From NCBI RefSeq assembly GCF_009914755.1, contig NC_060934.1: a stretch of 64,000 nt of DNA. One strand, written 5' to 3'. The translations under genes were made by a program, and so were the position numbers. Position 1 is the stretch's first letter. Each line of letters opens with the position of its first letter. Under the pieces are notes generated by a model that saw only the letters and a list, made by a program, of their open reading frames with translations, did not search any database and was not told the origin of the DNA. Origin of the DNA: the human T2T-CHM13v2.0 reference genome, Homo sapiens. This document shows, piece by piece, positions 33,152-53,031 of the stretch.

Positions 33152-33320
33152 AGGGGTTCTTAGACTTTCTGAGGCATCAGAATCATCCAGAGGGCTGGCT
33201 TAAACAAAGATGATTGCCCACTCCAGAGTTTCTGGGTTGACCCAAGAATTTGCATTTCTACCAAGTTCCCAGGTAATGCTGATGCTGTTGGTCCGGGGAC
33301 CATACTTTGAGTACCATTGG
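33152..33320. mobile_element. MER5A-like hAT-Charlie DNA transposon
   Basis: gcatcagaatca...aagaatttgcatttcta.caagttcccaggt.atgctgatgctg.tggtcc.gggacca.actttgag signature. Confidence 0.75.
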
Positions 33321-33734
33321 TGTAAAGGCTTCTCATCCGTGAGTCAAGGATCACAGACTTAGGAGGGCTGGCAGATAATATTAACAAGTAATGTTAGCCA
33401 GGTGGAGAGACAGTAGGATATGGTGGGCGTGCTGCTGATGTGGGGACCACAGGTTCCCTCTAAAGTGGGCAGTTGCTGCTCAGTGCTGACCTACTCTTGA
33501 CCTACAGGAATGAAGAACTCGGTTTGAAACTCTTTCGGTGTTTCAGGAAGTGCTAGAAATCCAGGTTTACATAAGGAATGTGTAATGGGAATATCCTGTT
33601 TTTTAGATGTTGGTGGCTAATTACCTTTTTAAAAACTGTGCAGGCAAAATAAAACTTGTTTGTGGCCCTGCCGGTGTCCAGTTTGCAACTTCTTGGGTCT
33701 TCGATCTTTGGAGAATTTTTAGAGTGCTTGATCA

Positions 33735-34168
33735 AAAGTGGCTTAGCTGAGTGGGTCTGTTTCAGAGTCTCTCATAAAGTTGCAGCTAAGATGTGGGCCA
33801 GGTTGCAGTCATCTGAAGTCTTGACTGAGGCTGGAGGGTCTGTTTCCAAGATGGCTCCTTCATATAGCTGTTAGCGGGAGGCCTCAGTACCTTGCTTTGT
33901 GATTCTCTCCATAGGGCTGCTGGGGTATCCTCATGGCATGGCACTTGGCTTTCCCCAGAGCAAGTGATCAAACAAACAAACAAACAAAACAGCAAGATCA
34001 AGGCCTCAATGCCTTTTATGACTTAGCCTTGGAAGTCACACTTCTTCATGTCTACAATATTATATTGATTACACAGGTTAGCTGTATCCAGTGTAGGAGA
34101 GAAGCACACAGGGCATGAATGCCAGGGGGCGAGAATCACTGGGAGTTATCTTGAAGGCTGGCTGTCAT
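33735..34168. mobile_element. MLT1-type MaLR LTR
   Basis: ggcttagctg...gcagtcatctgaag.cttgactg.ggctggagg.tctg.ttccaagatggctc. Confidence 0.7.
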
Positions 34169-34174
34169 AGTGAG

Positions 34175-34834
<660 letters not shown>

Positions 34835-35149
34835 TAGACTCTTCCCCTGACTTCTCTTTAAGTCATTTTCATCTTGTTTCTGAGTAGTCCTTGATTTCTA
34901 CTATTTTCATTGTGACTTCTCATCCATAGACACTTACAGTTATCGTCAGAAAAAAACATGTTACAGAATTTCTCAGCTGGATGTACTCTATGGGGTCATC
35001 TAGGACAAAGTTGCAAGTTGGAGACTCTCGGGTAGAGCCTGAGTGAGCAGTTGAAGTTCTTCTGTTTGCCAAAGTTTTCAACCAGCCAACTTCATTCATT
35101 TATGTTTTCAGGCCTCTGAGTCATCTGAACTTGAGCTAATACAACCCCT

Positions 35150-35240
35150 AGGGTGACAAACTGTTCTGATTTACCTGGGACTCAAGGGTTTCTTGGGACT
35201 CGGGACTTTCAGTGCTAAAACTTGGATAGTCCTGGGATTC
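35150..35240. mobile_element. MER94-like hAT fragment
   Basis: gggactttcagtgctaaaac.tgga.agtcctggg motif. Confidence 0.55.
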
Positions 35241-35277
35241 AGTTCAGACAGTAGATGTGAATTGATCTGATCCTTAC

Positions 35278-35432
35278 AATTCAAAGTGTGGTCCATGGGT
35301 CAGCAGCATCTGTATCACCTGTTTGCTTATTGGAGCTGAAACATCTCAGGCCCCACCCCAGACCTAATGAATCAATCTGCAGTTTAACAAGAGCCCCAGG
35401 TGAACTGTATGAACACTAAGGTTTGAGACTCT
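35278..35432. mobile_element. MER5-like DNA transposon
   Basis: tcaaagtgtggtcc...cagcagcatc...tctcaggccccaccccagacct.atgaatca...tttaacaag...gtttgaga. Confidence 0.7.
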
Positions 35433-36860
35433 CCGGATGGAAACAAAACCTCAACTTGGACTCTCTGAGGATTCTGATTTGCTGTCTCTGTGGGTAAAAT
35501 GGACCTAACAATGATCCTCTTGTGCTATGGTAATCGGACCTTGACATACACATTGTATTTTTGGTTCCTGCCTCCCCATAACCCCCCAGGGGAAAGTCAG
35601 CTAAAATGTAATTGCTGGAAGGAAACTAAAAGTACCAACTCTCACCTGGGTTTGAGTTGTGGTTTTCATAAAATACTTTTTATGGTTGAAACTTTCCCCC
35701 TCCTGAAACAAAATGCCATAAACAACACAGATAAGGGGAGATGGCTGGGCATTTAGGTTATTTCCAGTTCCTGACAATCCAGGCAACGTGTACTAAGTAT
35801 CCTGCATGCACAGCTTTATGTATACACTAGTGCTTTATTTCTGGGGTTTGGTTCCTGAAAGCGAGGTTGCTGGGTCACTGAGGATGCGCGTTTAAAATGG
35901 GAATGGATATCTAAAAAGGTGCCGGTCCAAAGAGGAGTGCTTGAAAAAACACTGGTGCATTTATATTATGGAAAATGATGGCGCCATAGTGGAGTGCATA
36001 CAGTAGACATCCGTTGACCTTGAGGGATGGCTATGACACGCTGTCACACAGCATAAGCTGCAGAGGGACGTGGCTAATTGGGGGAGAATAGAGGCGGATA
36101 CTTCGCAAGGTGATCATTCACTTTCTGAATACATTTATGGATGTTTCTTCTGTTGTAAAGAATGTGTTGATTTTGTAATTCAGAGTTTTAGGAGAGAGAA
36201 AAAGTGGAGGTGCGGTGGTGGGAGCGGGCAAGACTCTAGAGATCAGCTGTCAGTCTTCCCTTTCAACCCATCTTTCCTGTCTCCACCCATCACCTCCAAC
36301 CTTCCTTCTCCCTACTTTCAGAAGCATAGTCTCTTGCCAGTTGCAAAAGGACAACCTTTGCAACTTTTGATTGGCTGAGCGCAGGCCACGTGCCCATGAC
36401 TGGGCTGCCAGTTGAAGGAGAGGGAATGTCCGACTTCTTTTTGTCTAAGGGGCCTTGCTGCCCACCTATGAGGGCTTGTAGCCCCAACCGCTGCCCTAAA
36501 TAGGAGGTGTATTGTAATGATATTTGGCCCCTAATCAACAATTAAGGTAGCAAAATCTTATAGCTCTACCCTTTTGAAAACCCCCAGGCGTTTAGGGAAA
36601 CAGTTCTGAGTTAATCAGCCTTATTTTTGTAGCATGCAAGGAAAACTAACAGCCAAAATTCATTGAGCATTTATTATAAATGCCAAGTATTTCACACCAT
36701 TTCATTTCATACGCATGACAATATCCATGATGCAGACACAATGTTTAACATCCCTTGTGCTAATGGAGCCACTGTTGGGTAACTTGCCCAGAGTCACACA
36801 GCTAGTAAGTGGTAGAGCCAGGGTTTGAACCAAGGCCATCTGAGTAAAAGGTTCTAATGA

Positions 36861-37226
<366 letters not shown>

Positions 37227-38801
37227 TATGACTCCTATTTTCACTGAGCGCTTAGTATGTGCCAGGAACTGTCCTTACCACTTTGTATGAATTAATTCAT
37301 TTAATCTTCGCAACAACTCCAAATGAGAAAACTAAAACTCAGAGATATCAGCAACTCACCCAGGGTCCCTCAGCTGGTAAGGGACACAGTTGAGGTTCAA
37401 ATCAGAAAGTCTATTTCCAGAGCCCACACGCCGGACTCCCCAGGGCCATTTGTTCCTTTTACTTATTAACACATCAATATGCTTTTTTCTTCTGCATTGA
37501 TCTGAAAGTAGTTCTCTTAGGGGATACAGAAATTTAGACAATTATCAAGATAATTCAACTATAGTTATGGGTTTTATTTCAATTTTCCGTTCCATTTTGA
37601 CACCAAGGATCTGGCCTGAAGCTGATGTCAGCTAAAATAATTTAAACTAAATCTGATCTCCATCGTCTGTGGGGTTTTGTTGGGAAGAAATCTGAAAAGA
37701 CAAAGGAGGTATGTGTGTGATTGTGGATTGGGCAGTTCTAAATTTCCATCATTAAGGAAAATCATTACGATGATGGGAAAGAGTAAGAGAAGAAAAAGAT
37801 TAATAGAATTTTCTCGTTAAATGTTGCACATATGAAGCATAAAGATATGGCTCTTTTGCAGAGATTTATTCAAAAGAGTTTCTTTGCTAGAGGGAATGTG
37901 TTTTTCTAAGTGAAAATAGTTTATCCTCAATTTGAATTGCAAATCCTTCCAAACGCAGAGTGAGAAGGAAGGCTAATGCCTGGCTGGAATGAGTTCTTTC
38001 TACTTTGTTTTATAAAAACTTCCTGAGACAAGCTTTTAAAAACATTATAATTATTTAAAAAAATTCAGGTATCCTCTTAGTCTAAATATTTTAGATAAAT
38101 CAAAACAACCAGATAATTTTATACAATATCAACTTGGTTTAAGATAAAAAAAAAAAAGACACTTTTACCTCTGCAGCTGGATTATTAGAAACAGAAAATT
38201 GCAGGGTGTTTTTGGCAAATGGTGACTCCAGAAATCAGATTGGTCTCTAGAGGATAAAACACATGATGGAGAACAGGGCTGCAGACATGGGGAAAGGAGA
38301 GATGAATGAGCATTTGTTTGGCAAAGGCTGAGCACTGTGCTAGGTGATTTATATTTATGTATGTTACCTTGGTTCATAGTAACTCTAGATCGAGAAGCAT
38401 GAGCCTGGGTTTGAGAGCTGTGGTGACTGGGCACAGGCAAGGTGCCCAGGAGAGATGCAGACCAGGAGCAGATGCTGGTTTGGGGAAGGGATGCTGAGTC
38501 CTTTCTGGGCCTGTGGAGTGGAAAACCACAGGGCATCTGGTGGAAGTGTCACAGGCAGGTCTGCGTCTGTGGAGAGCTCCGCCTGTGGAGATAGGCTTGG
38601 AGGGAGTGGATGACGTCAGCAGGGAGAAGGGGAATGGGCCAGAGATGGATGGGCCAGAGAGGAAAGAGAGAGGCTGGGGAGCTGGGATCACAGAAGCCAA
38701 GGGAGGAGAGAGACTTTTGTTGTTTTGTTTTTTTAAAGATTCTTCAGGAGTTAACTCCAAAGGGCACAGAGCTTGATGTGGGCCTAGAAAGAGACAACTC
38801 T

Positions 38802-39151
<350 letters not shown>

Positions 39152-39685
39152 TTAAAACAAAAGACAAGGTTGGGTTTTGAGGAGCCACGCTTTCATGATT
39201 AATAGAGGCAGGGAAAACTAAGATCTACTTAGTTCTCTCTGTCTTCCATCTTAATGAATATGGTGGTCTTCTTGCATGAATGAAAACATCATGTAATGAA
39301 ATGGCATTTTATGAGCTTTAGGGAGGCAAGGAATGGGTCAACTCAGGTGAAGGAAGAGAAAAGAGGGTAGCCCCTACGGAAGTGGGGCATGATTGCAGCC
39401 TGGTTTGGGAGGGGCCTGAGGTCACCCAGTTCCCAGCATTCCACAGGGTCCCGTCTGGCACCGACACACACTGCGGCAGGAAAGCTGGAGGAACGGCTCA
39501 GGTGGGGCTGTGCTCCAGGCCCAACAGCCCCGTTCTGAGCCTCATGCATTCAAGGCTGCCCATTTGCGAGTGTGGCTTCCTCCACCCACTGGTAAAGCAG
39601 CAGGGATTTAGGGATTTACTAGAGGAGCCTGGAGTTCCACCCAGTGCGTCCGCCATGAGTTTTGTCAGCTCCTGGATCCTGGTAG

Positions 39686-40555
<870 letters not shown>

Positions 40556-41135
40556 GGTGGAAAATTAAAATCTGCCTTCCAGCCTCCCAACTCTAATCAG
40601 GTGGCTTTTGTCTTCAGAAGCTATAGGCAGTAAAACCAGAAGAGTCGTTTCGATTGTTTTCTAGATGAGGAACTGAGGTCCAAGGGGGAAGTGCTTGCAA
40701 GTCCTCCCAGTGTTACTGGCATAGCCCCTCCAGGACAGTGCCAATGATCTGGTATCATGTCTGCCTCCTCAGCAAGCCTAGAGCCTTGGAAGACCAAGTC
40801 CATGTATACTATCAGGATGTCCTTGATTCTCCAGATCTGGCCCATAGAATGGGCTCAGACATGTTCACAGAATTCATGGTTTTCTCAATTCCAGGACCAT
40901 AAGGCATGACCTGGCTAGGCTGGGGTTACTGGATAGATCTACCCCTCATTCCGTCCTCTTGCTGAGACTGGTAAGCTGTTTCTTTGGCCAAATTCAAATT
41001 CCTGGGAGAGAGAATGTGATCCACCCAGCTGTGGTCAGGTGTTTACCTGTGGGCGTGGTAGGAGTTGGCCTTCTGGGGCTTCTAGGGAAGAGACAGTGGT
41101 ATGTGAGTTGGGAAGGTGCTGGTACTCCAAAATTA

Positions 41136-41893
<758 letters not shown>

Positions 41894-41947
41894 TTACCCA
41901 AATATATAAAAATCTTATTTGGGTAAGAAAGTAGAGTCTTTCCTTAG

Positions 41948-42408
<461 letters not shown>

Positions 42409-42771
42409 TAAAAATATACATATAGAATTTCTTTGCTTTTGGCAGCCTTATTTTCTCTTTCTTTCCCTGTTTTAAGCAGAAATGTGTCTCTCATGGGACA
42501 AAGAATTAACAGAGTAAATAAACCCCTATGCCTTCCTCATCACAATTTTCAGATATAAACACATTAAAATGCTTGGACCATTTAACAATAGTTATTAGTG
42601 CCCTTTGAGTCCAGGAACTGCTGGTACTGATTTTTTTCTTGGGGTCTTCCTGGAGCTCAGGACTCACCTGCAGCTGCTATTTCCAACACCCTGGAGGCTG
42701 CCATCACTCACATTCCTCCTGCTTGGCCTTCACAGTTCTGGGCCATCTCAGCAGGAAGTTCAAGGTCCCTG

Positions 42772-43140
42772 CTTCTTTCTCTTCTTTCCTTCTTTCCTTC
42801 CTCCCTTCTTTCCTTCTTTCCTTCCTCCCTCCCTCCCTCCCTCTCTCTCTTTCTTTCTTTCTTCTGACAGAGTCTCCCTCTGTCCCCCAGGCTGTAGTGC
42901 ATGGTGTGATCTCTGCCCACTGCAAACTCCGCCTTCCAAGGTCAAGCGATTCTCATGCCTCAGCCTCCCAAGTAGCTGGGGTAACAGGAGTGTACCACCG
43001 CATTGCTAATTTTCCTATATTTAGTAGAGGCAGGGTTTCACCATGTTGGCCAGGCTGGTCTCGAATTCCTGACCTCAAGTGATCTGCCTGCCTCAGCCTC
43101 CCAAAGTGCTGGGATTACAGGAGTGAGGCACCACGCTCGA
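42772..43140 (-). mobile_element. Alu with an expanded CT-rich (TTCC/CCCT/TTTC) tail
   Basis: Pure pyrimidine tract ~42772-42865 followed by the Alu body. Confidence 0.88.
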
Positions 43141-43203
43141 CTCCTTTTTTGAGATGTGGTCTTGCTATGTTGCCCAGGCTGGAGTGCAGTAGATATGTGC
43201 AGG

Positions 43204-43411
43204 TGTATTAGTCTGTTCTCACCCTGCTAATAAAGACATACCCGAGACTGGGTAATTTATAAAGAAAGGAGGTTTGATGGACTCACAGTTCCACATGGCT
43301 GGGGAGGCCTCACAATCATGGTGGAAGGTGAAGGAGGAGCAATGTCATATCTTACATGGCAGCAGGCAAGAGGGCGTGTGCTGGGGAGCTCCCCTTTATA
43401 AAACCATCAGA
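43204..43411 (-). mobile_element. THE1(B)-type MaLR LTR, truncated
   Basis: tgtattagtc...ctaataaagacatacccgagactgggtaatttata...gactcacagttccacatggctggggaggcctcacaatcatgg. Confidence 0.88.
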
Positions 43412-43412
43412 G

Positions 43413-43768
<356 letters not shown>

Positions 43769-44039
43769 CTATGCTCCAAACCACTTTCTCACTATCTACT
43801 ACGCTGTATAGTTTACTTATTTCTCTAGTTTCCCATCAGTCTTCTTCACTAAATATAAGGACCTTGAGGACAGAGATGTTTTATTTTTATTTTTGACACT
43901 GCTGTACCTGAGCACCTAGAACAAAGTACCTTGCTCACTGTAGGTCTTCAACAAACGTTGTTGAATGAATGAGTGTACATTTCAGCCAAAAGTTATCTCA
44001 GAAAGGGTGGAACCCTCCTGAAGGAAGAGATTTGAGGGT

Positions 44040-44775
<736 letters not shown>

Positions 44776-46029
44776 TCACAAACCCTCATTGCCTACTGTG
44801 GCATTGGGCTAGGTGCTGGGGATGGAGTGAGGAACAGCACAGACCTGGCTCTTAGCCTTGAACTATTTTTCTGATTAGAGGAGAGTGCGTGTAGCCCAGT
44901 GTTTAGAAATGGGGTCTTAAACTGAGTCAGAGTGTCTTGGGCTCTAATTCTGGTTCTGCCATTCGCCACCAGTCCAACACTGGTGGCTCGTTTAAACTTC
45001 TATGCCTCAGTTTTCTCATCTGTCAAACAAGGACAAAAGTGGCACTACAAAGATTTTGGAGGCTTAAATGGGATAATGTATGCAAGTATAATGCTGAGTT
45101 TGTGTCTCGTGTAGGTGGGAGTGAAATAAATGGCAGTTGGTGTTAGTTAGTGTTCTATTCTGGGACATTGGGATATAGGGGATTGCAGCTGGTGGGAACT
45201 CCAGGCCATGATCCCACCCCCCAGGCATTCACCTCCAGAAGAGAGGAATGAGGCTTGCTGTGTCATGCTCACACTCATTAGAAATCCCAGGGCTGAGATG
45301 AGCACTCCTGAGTCTTAACCCCCAGCTCTCTGTCCTCTCCGTGCTCCAAGCTGCCTCCTGCTGGACTTAGCCAAGGGACTCAGGGACATTCCACACACTG
45401 TTCTCCCCCTTGGTCACTGACAGTGACTGTTCAGTGACAGTGATGGAGACAAAGGCATTTCTGAGAACTTCAGAATTATTAACCTGACTCAATTAAGTGG
45501 AAGTTGTTCTCATTCTCATTGAGCCTCCTTTCTGCTCAATATCTGGCCTCAGCTCTTCTGCGATAGGAGGATGGAATTTCCAATGGAAACTGTTGAGCTA
45601 CCCCAAATCCCTAATTAATCTAATTGTATTATTCATGTGGCGGAATTTGAGCTGCCTCTAATCACTTGGATGAAGAATGCTTTGTATTCTAGTGTGGATG
45701 AGGATGTAGGAAGTATAATTTGGTTCATTATTTTTGGAGGACCATCTTGGCAATATGTATCAAAAGCCTTAAAATTATACATATGCTTGGGCCCAGGGAT
45801 TCCAATTTTAGCTTTTGAGCAAATATTGAACTATGAGGATCTTTATCAGTGAATGTATTATAGAAAACATTGAAAACAACCTCTGTTCATTGATAAGTAA
45901 CTGGGTAAATGATGGTACGTCTGAACAATAGAGTGCTAGGTAGTCATTAAAAATGATGCTGAAGGCTCAGGACTTAGATATTTATAGAATTTTTAGTCTC
46001 AAAGTAGTCAGAGTGAGAGTGGTGGTTCT

Positions 46030-46643
<614 letters not shown>

Positions 46644-47693
46644 TAAGCGGTCATTTCTGGGTGATGGGATTGCATGTGGTTTAATTTTTTCCCGTGATTT
46701 CTTTATTTGCAGAATGCTCTGCAATAAGTGTGAACTACTTTTATATAAATGGAAAAAAAGGCACTACAATTAAGGAAGGGAGGAGAAAGTGGTCTTGCAT
46801 TGTTGAGATCCTTAGAAAAATGTGCAAACCTACTTGCTCAGCTGTCCCCACTTAAAAGCACCTGAGGGTGGGCCTCGTGAAGAGAACCAGCAGGAGCCGG
46901 GCCCTGCCAGGCCTTCAGCCCACCTGTTGCCCACACCTGCTGTCCAGCACGCTTGCTTGCCTGCTTGCCCCAGCCTAGCAGGGGCGCCTGGAAGCTGCAG
47001 GCCTGGGAGTTGAGCTGATCAAGAAGATGAACTGGAGCTGTACTCACCAAAGTCCAGGACACAGGCAAGTCCCTGGTCACTTGTTTGCATCTTATCAGCA
47101 CAGCAGCCAGGAAGAATTTATTAGAGGCCACCTCCATCCCTTCTGTCCTTGGGTCAGCCGGCTGTTCATTAGCATGTGTGACAAACTCCTCAATGCAAAC
47201 AGAACCTTTAAGTGAGAATCAAACTGTTTCAATTTCTTTGGAGGAGTGGCAGTGAACTTCTCCAAAAGTGTCTGACGAAGGGGCTGGTTGGAGCTTTGAG
47301 GGCCTCAAGGAGAGCCCTGGAGGGACTGCCCTTAGCTAGGAAGGTGAGAGAAGAGCCTGGAGCAGAGGGGGGTCCCTACTACAGACTTTCCAGCTGTTGC
47401 TTGGGGACAACTGATAAGCCGGGAGAGCAGTTGGAGCACAGGCTGAGAAGGGAAGAAGCCCGCGGTGCAAAGATAGGGGTTGAGGGTTTGCTCTTCTTTT
47501 CCAGTGAATCTGCCGGAGGCTGACGGGGAGGGAGCTGGAAGGCCTTGTAGTCTGTATTGGGCCTCAGAGAGACCTGGGGGTGAGGCGTGGAGCCTGGTTT
47601 CTTGCTGATCACAGCTACTGTGGCCCATATCTCCTGCCCTATGCAGCAGCGAGGGGACGTGAACAGGAAAACAGCTGCTACAAGACATTCTGG

Positions 47694-47985
47694 GGCTGGG
47701 CGCGGTGGTTCATGCCTGTAATCCCAGCACTTTAGGAGGCTGAGGCGGGTGGATCACTTGCAGTCAGGAGTTCGAGACCAGCCTGACCAATATGGTGAAA
47801 CCCCGTCTCTACTAAAAATGTAAAAATTAGCTGAGCGTGGTGGCGGGCGCCTGTAATCCCAGCTACCTGGGAGGCTGAGGTAGGAGAATTGTTGAACCCA
47901 GGAGATGGAGGTTGCAGTGAGCCAAGATCGTGCCACTGCACTCCAGCCTGGGTGACAGAGCGAGACTCTGCCTCAAAAAAAAAAA
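47694..47985 (+). mobile_element. Alu
   Basis: Full dimer with an A-tail. Confidence 0.92.
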
Positions 47986-48632
47986 GTATTACGTTTGTAT
48001 TTAATATTTTAACTGCTTTAGTAAAGAATAATTCACATACAATAAATGGCACCTATTAAAGTATATAATTTTATAAATATTGACATTGTTATAGACCTGC
48101 AAAACCACTACCATAATCAAGATAGGGAACAAATCTGTCACCCACAGAAGTTTCCTTGCACTTCTTTATCATCCTTCTTTTGTTCCTCCCTGCTCCTTTT
48201 GTCCCCAAGAAACCACCGATATACTGTCTGTCATTGTAGATTAGTTTGTGTTTTCTATAACTTTTTATAAATGGAATCATACAATATATCCTTTGCTGTT
48301 AGATTCTTTCACTCATTACAATTATTTTGAGATTCATTCATACTATTGTGTGTATACCGTATTTCTTTTTATTGTGGAGTAGTACTCCATTGTATAGATA
48401 GACCCTGTTTACCTATTCAGATATGATGGATATTTAGGTTTCAGTTTTTGGCTGTTGCAGATAAAGCTGCTGAGGACACTTCTGTACAAGTCTCTGTATG
48501 GGCGTATGCTTTCATTTCTCTTGAGTAAATACCTAGGAGTGGAATGGCTAGGTCATATAGTGGGCATATGTCTAACCTATTACAAAAAAAAAAAAAAAAC
48601 TACTTCCAAACTGTTTTCCAAAGTGGTGTTAC

Positions 48633-48944
48633 ATTTTATTTATTTATTTATCTATTTTTTGGAGACAAAGTCTTGTTCTGTTGCCCAGCTTGGAGTGCAG
48701 TGCCATGATCATGGTTGACTGTGTTCTTGACCTCCTGGGCTCAAGTGATCTTCCCAGCCTAGCCTCCTGAGTAGCTGGGACTACAAGTGTGTGCCACCAC
48801 ATGTGGCTAATTTTTTCTATTTTTTTGTAGAGACAGGCTGTCACTTTGTTGCCTAGGCTGATCTCGAACTCTTGAGCTCAAATGATCCCCCTGCCTTGGC
48901 CCCCCAAGTTGCTGGGGTTGCAGGTGTGAGCCACCACATCCAGC
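48633..48944 (-). mobile_element. Alu (AluJ-like)
   Basis: Antisense dimer inside the L1. Confidence 0.88.
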
Positions 48945-49447
48945 TGACTTGACATTCCCACTAGCAGTGCAAGAGGGTTCCACTTGCTCCACGTCTTCAC
49001 CAATGCTTGGTGTGGTCACTTTGATTTTAGACATTCTAATAGATGCACAGTGATATGATTGTAGTTTTAATTCACTTTCCCCCAGTGACAAACGATGTTG
49101 AATATCTTTTCATGTGAGTACTGTATTTGCCATTTGTATATCTTCTTTGGGGAAGTGTCTGTTCAAATCTTTTGCCCATTTTGGGAGGAGGGAGGAATTT
49201 TTTTTTATTTAGTTTTGAAAGTTCTTTATATATTCTGGGTGCAGGTAATTTGTATTATTTCCAAATATTTTCTCCTATTATGTGAATTGTCTTTTCAATC
49301 TTTTATTATAGTCTTTCAAAAAGGGTTTTTAATTTTGCTAATATCCGGCTTATACATTGTTTCTTTAACAGATTGGATTTCTGGTATCATGTCTATGAAA
49401 ACTTTGCCTAACCCAAAGTCACAAATATCTCCTGTGTTTTCTTCTAG

Positions 49448-49770
<323 letters not shown>

Positions 49771-50917
49771 TAGGGTCTGTATTTCATTAATGTTTGTATG
49801 TGGTTTGAGGTATGGATCAAATTTCATTTTTCTGCATATGGATATGCAATTGTTTTAGCACCAGTTTTGAAAAGATTGTTCTTTATTGATTTGTCTTTGT
49901 ACTTTCATAAAAAATCAGTTGTCCATATATGTGCCTATTTCTGGGCTCTCTATTCTGTTCCATTGGTCTATTTGGCGATTTTTACAACAATACCACAGTC
50001 TTAAGTGTAGTTTTATAATAAGTTTTGAAATCAGGTAGTATAGTTCTCCAACATTGTTTTTATTTTTCAAAGTTGCTTTGGTTATTTTAGATCCTTTGTA
50101 TTTCTGACTTTTAGAATCAGCTTTTTAATTTCTTAGAAAGCTTTCTGAGATTTTGATTGGGAGTATATTGAATCTATACATCAATATGAAGAGAACTGAC
50201 ATCTTAACAATATTGAGTCTTCCTACCTAAGAACATGGGATATCGCTTCATTTTAATGTCTCTTAGGAATGTTTTGTAATCTTCAGCATACAGGCCTTGC
50301 ATATTTTATCAGATTTATCCCTGAGTATTTCATGTTGTTTATGCCATTGTAAACGATATTACTTTCATTTCCAACTTCTGATTATTTATTGCAAGCATAT
50401 AGAAATAAAATAAATTTTTTGTATATTGATTTTGTATCTTACAACATAGATGATCATATCACTTGTAGATAAATCCCTTTCAATTGGGCACCCTTTCAAT
50501 TGGGGTGCCTTTTATTTCTTTTTCTTGGCTTAGTAAACCTCCAGTACAATGTAGAGTAGAAATGAGGAATTGAACAGGGGTGTCTGGTTCTTTGTCTTAA
50601 GGGGAAAGCATTGAGTCTTTCACCATTGAGTGTTATGTTGCCTGAAGGTTTTTCATAAATGCCCTTTATCAAGTTGAGGAAGTTCTTTCTATTCCTAGTT
50701 TGCTGACAGTATTCTTTTTAACAATAAAGAATAGATGTTAGATTTTATCAAATGTCTTCACTGCATCTATTAAGATGTTCATATGATTTATCTTTTTCAG
50801 CCTCTAATATGGTAAATTACACTGATTTTAAACTAATCTTGCATTCCTGGGATAAAGCTTACCTAGTCTTTTTAGATATTTTTAAGACTGTATTTGTTAA
50901 ATTTAAAAAATATATAT

Positions 50918-51845
50918 TTATTTATTTATTTAGAGATGTGATCTCACTCTGTTACCCAGGCTGGAGCAGTGGCATGATCATAGCTCACTGCTGCCTTGAA
51001 TTTCTGGGCTCAGAAGATACTGCTGCCTCAGCCTTCTGAGTAGCTGGGACTATAGATACATACCACCATGCCCAGCTAATTTTTGAATTTTTTTGTAGAG
51101 ATAGGGTCTCACTGTCTTGCCCAGGGCTCAAGGGATTCTTCTACCTCGGCCTCCTAAAGTTACAAATTACAGGTGTGAGCCACCAAGCCCAGACTTTTTA
51201 TTTTACTTTATGATGACGATGATGATGGTGATGATGATGATGATGATGATGATGTTTTGAGATGGAGTCTTGCTCTGTTACCCAGGCTGGAGTGCAGTGG
51301 TGTGATCTTGGCTCACTGCAGCCTCCGCCTCCCCAGTTCAAGTGATTCTCATGCTTCAGCCTCCTGAGTAGCTGGGACTACAGGCATGTGCCATTATGCC
51401 TGGCTAATTTTTGTATTTTTAGTAGAGATGGGATTTTGCCATGTTGCCCAAGCTGGTCTTGAACTCTTGACCTCAGGTGATCCACCTGCCCCAGCTGCCC
51501 AAAGTGCTGGGCTGGGATTACAGGCATAAGCCACTGCTTCTGGCCTTTATTTTTTTTTTGAAATGGGGGTCTTATTCTGCCACCCAGGCTGGAGTGCAAT
51601 GGTGAGATCATGGCTTACTGCAGCCTCGACCTCCTGGGCTCAAGTGATCCTCCCAGCTTATCACCCTGAGTAGCTGAGACTACCAGCACCCACCACCGTG
51701 CCAAGTTAATTAAAAAATTTTTTTTGTATAGACGGGATCTCCCTATGTTGCCCAGGGTGGTCTCAAACTCCTGGGCTCAAGTGATCCTCCCACCTTGGCC
51801 TCCCAAAATGCTGGAATTACACAGGTATGAGACACTGAGACAGGC
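50918..51845 (-). mobile_element. Three consecutive antisense Alus with a (TGA)n microsatellite at ~51210-51254
   Basis: Dimers at ~50918-51192, ~51255-51544 and ~51545-51845. Confidence 0.88.
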
Positions 51846-52163
51846 TCTGATACAATTTTGTTAAGAATTTTGTATCTATGTTCTTAAGGAATGCTGAGTT
51901 GTAGATATTTTTCCCTGTAATGTGTCTGTGTAGTCTTGGTACCAAGGTAGTCCTGACATCATAGAATCAATTAAGCATCATTCCTTCCTCTTCACTTTAC
52001 TAGAAGAGTTTATGTGGAAGTGGTATTATTTTGTCCTTTAATGTTTGGTGGAATTCACCTATGAAGCCATTTGGGCCTGGACATTTATGGGAAGGTTTTT
52101 ACTCACAAATTCAATTTATTTAATAGATATAGGCCTATTTAGGTTACATTCCTTCTTGAGTGA

Positions 52164-52482
<319 letters not shown>

Positions 52483-52560
52483 AGTAATTTTTGTCTTTCA
52501 AGGAATTTGTCCATTTAACCTAAGTTTTCAAGTTTATTGGCATAAAGGTTTTTATAATAA

Positions 52561-53031
<471 letters not shown>

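Noticed and set aside
35401-35415. TGAACT-gta-TGAACA DR3-like motif
   Set aside because: One mismatch, isolated, inside a MER5 element; within chance expectation.
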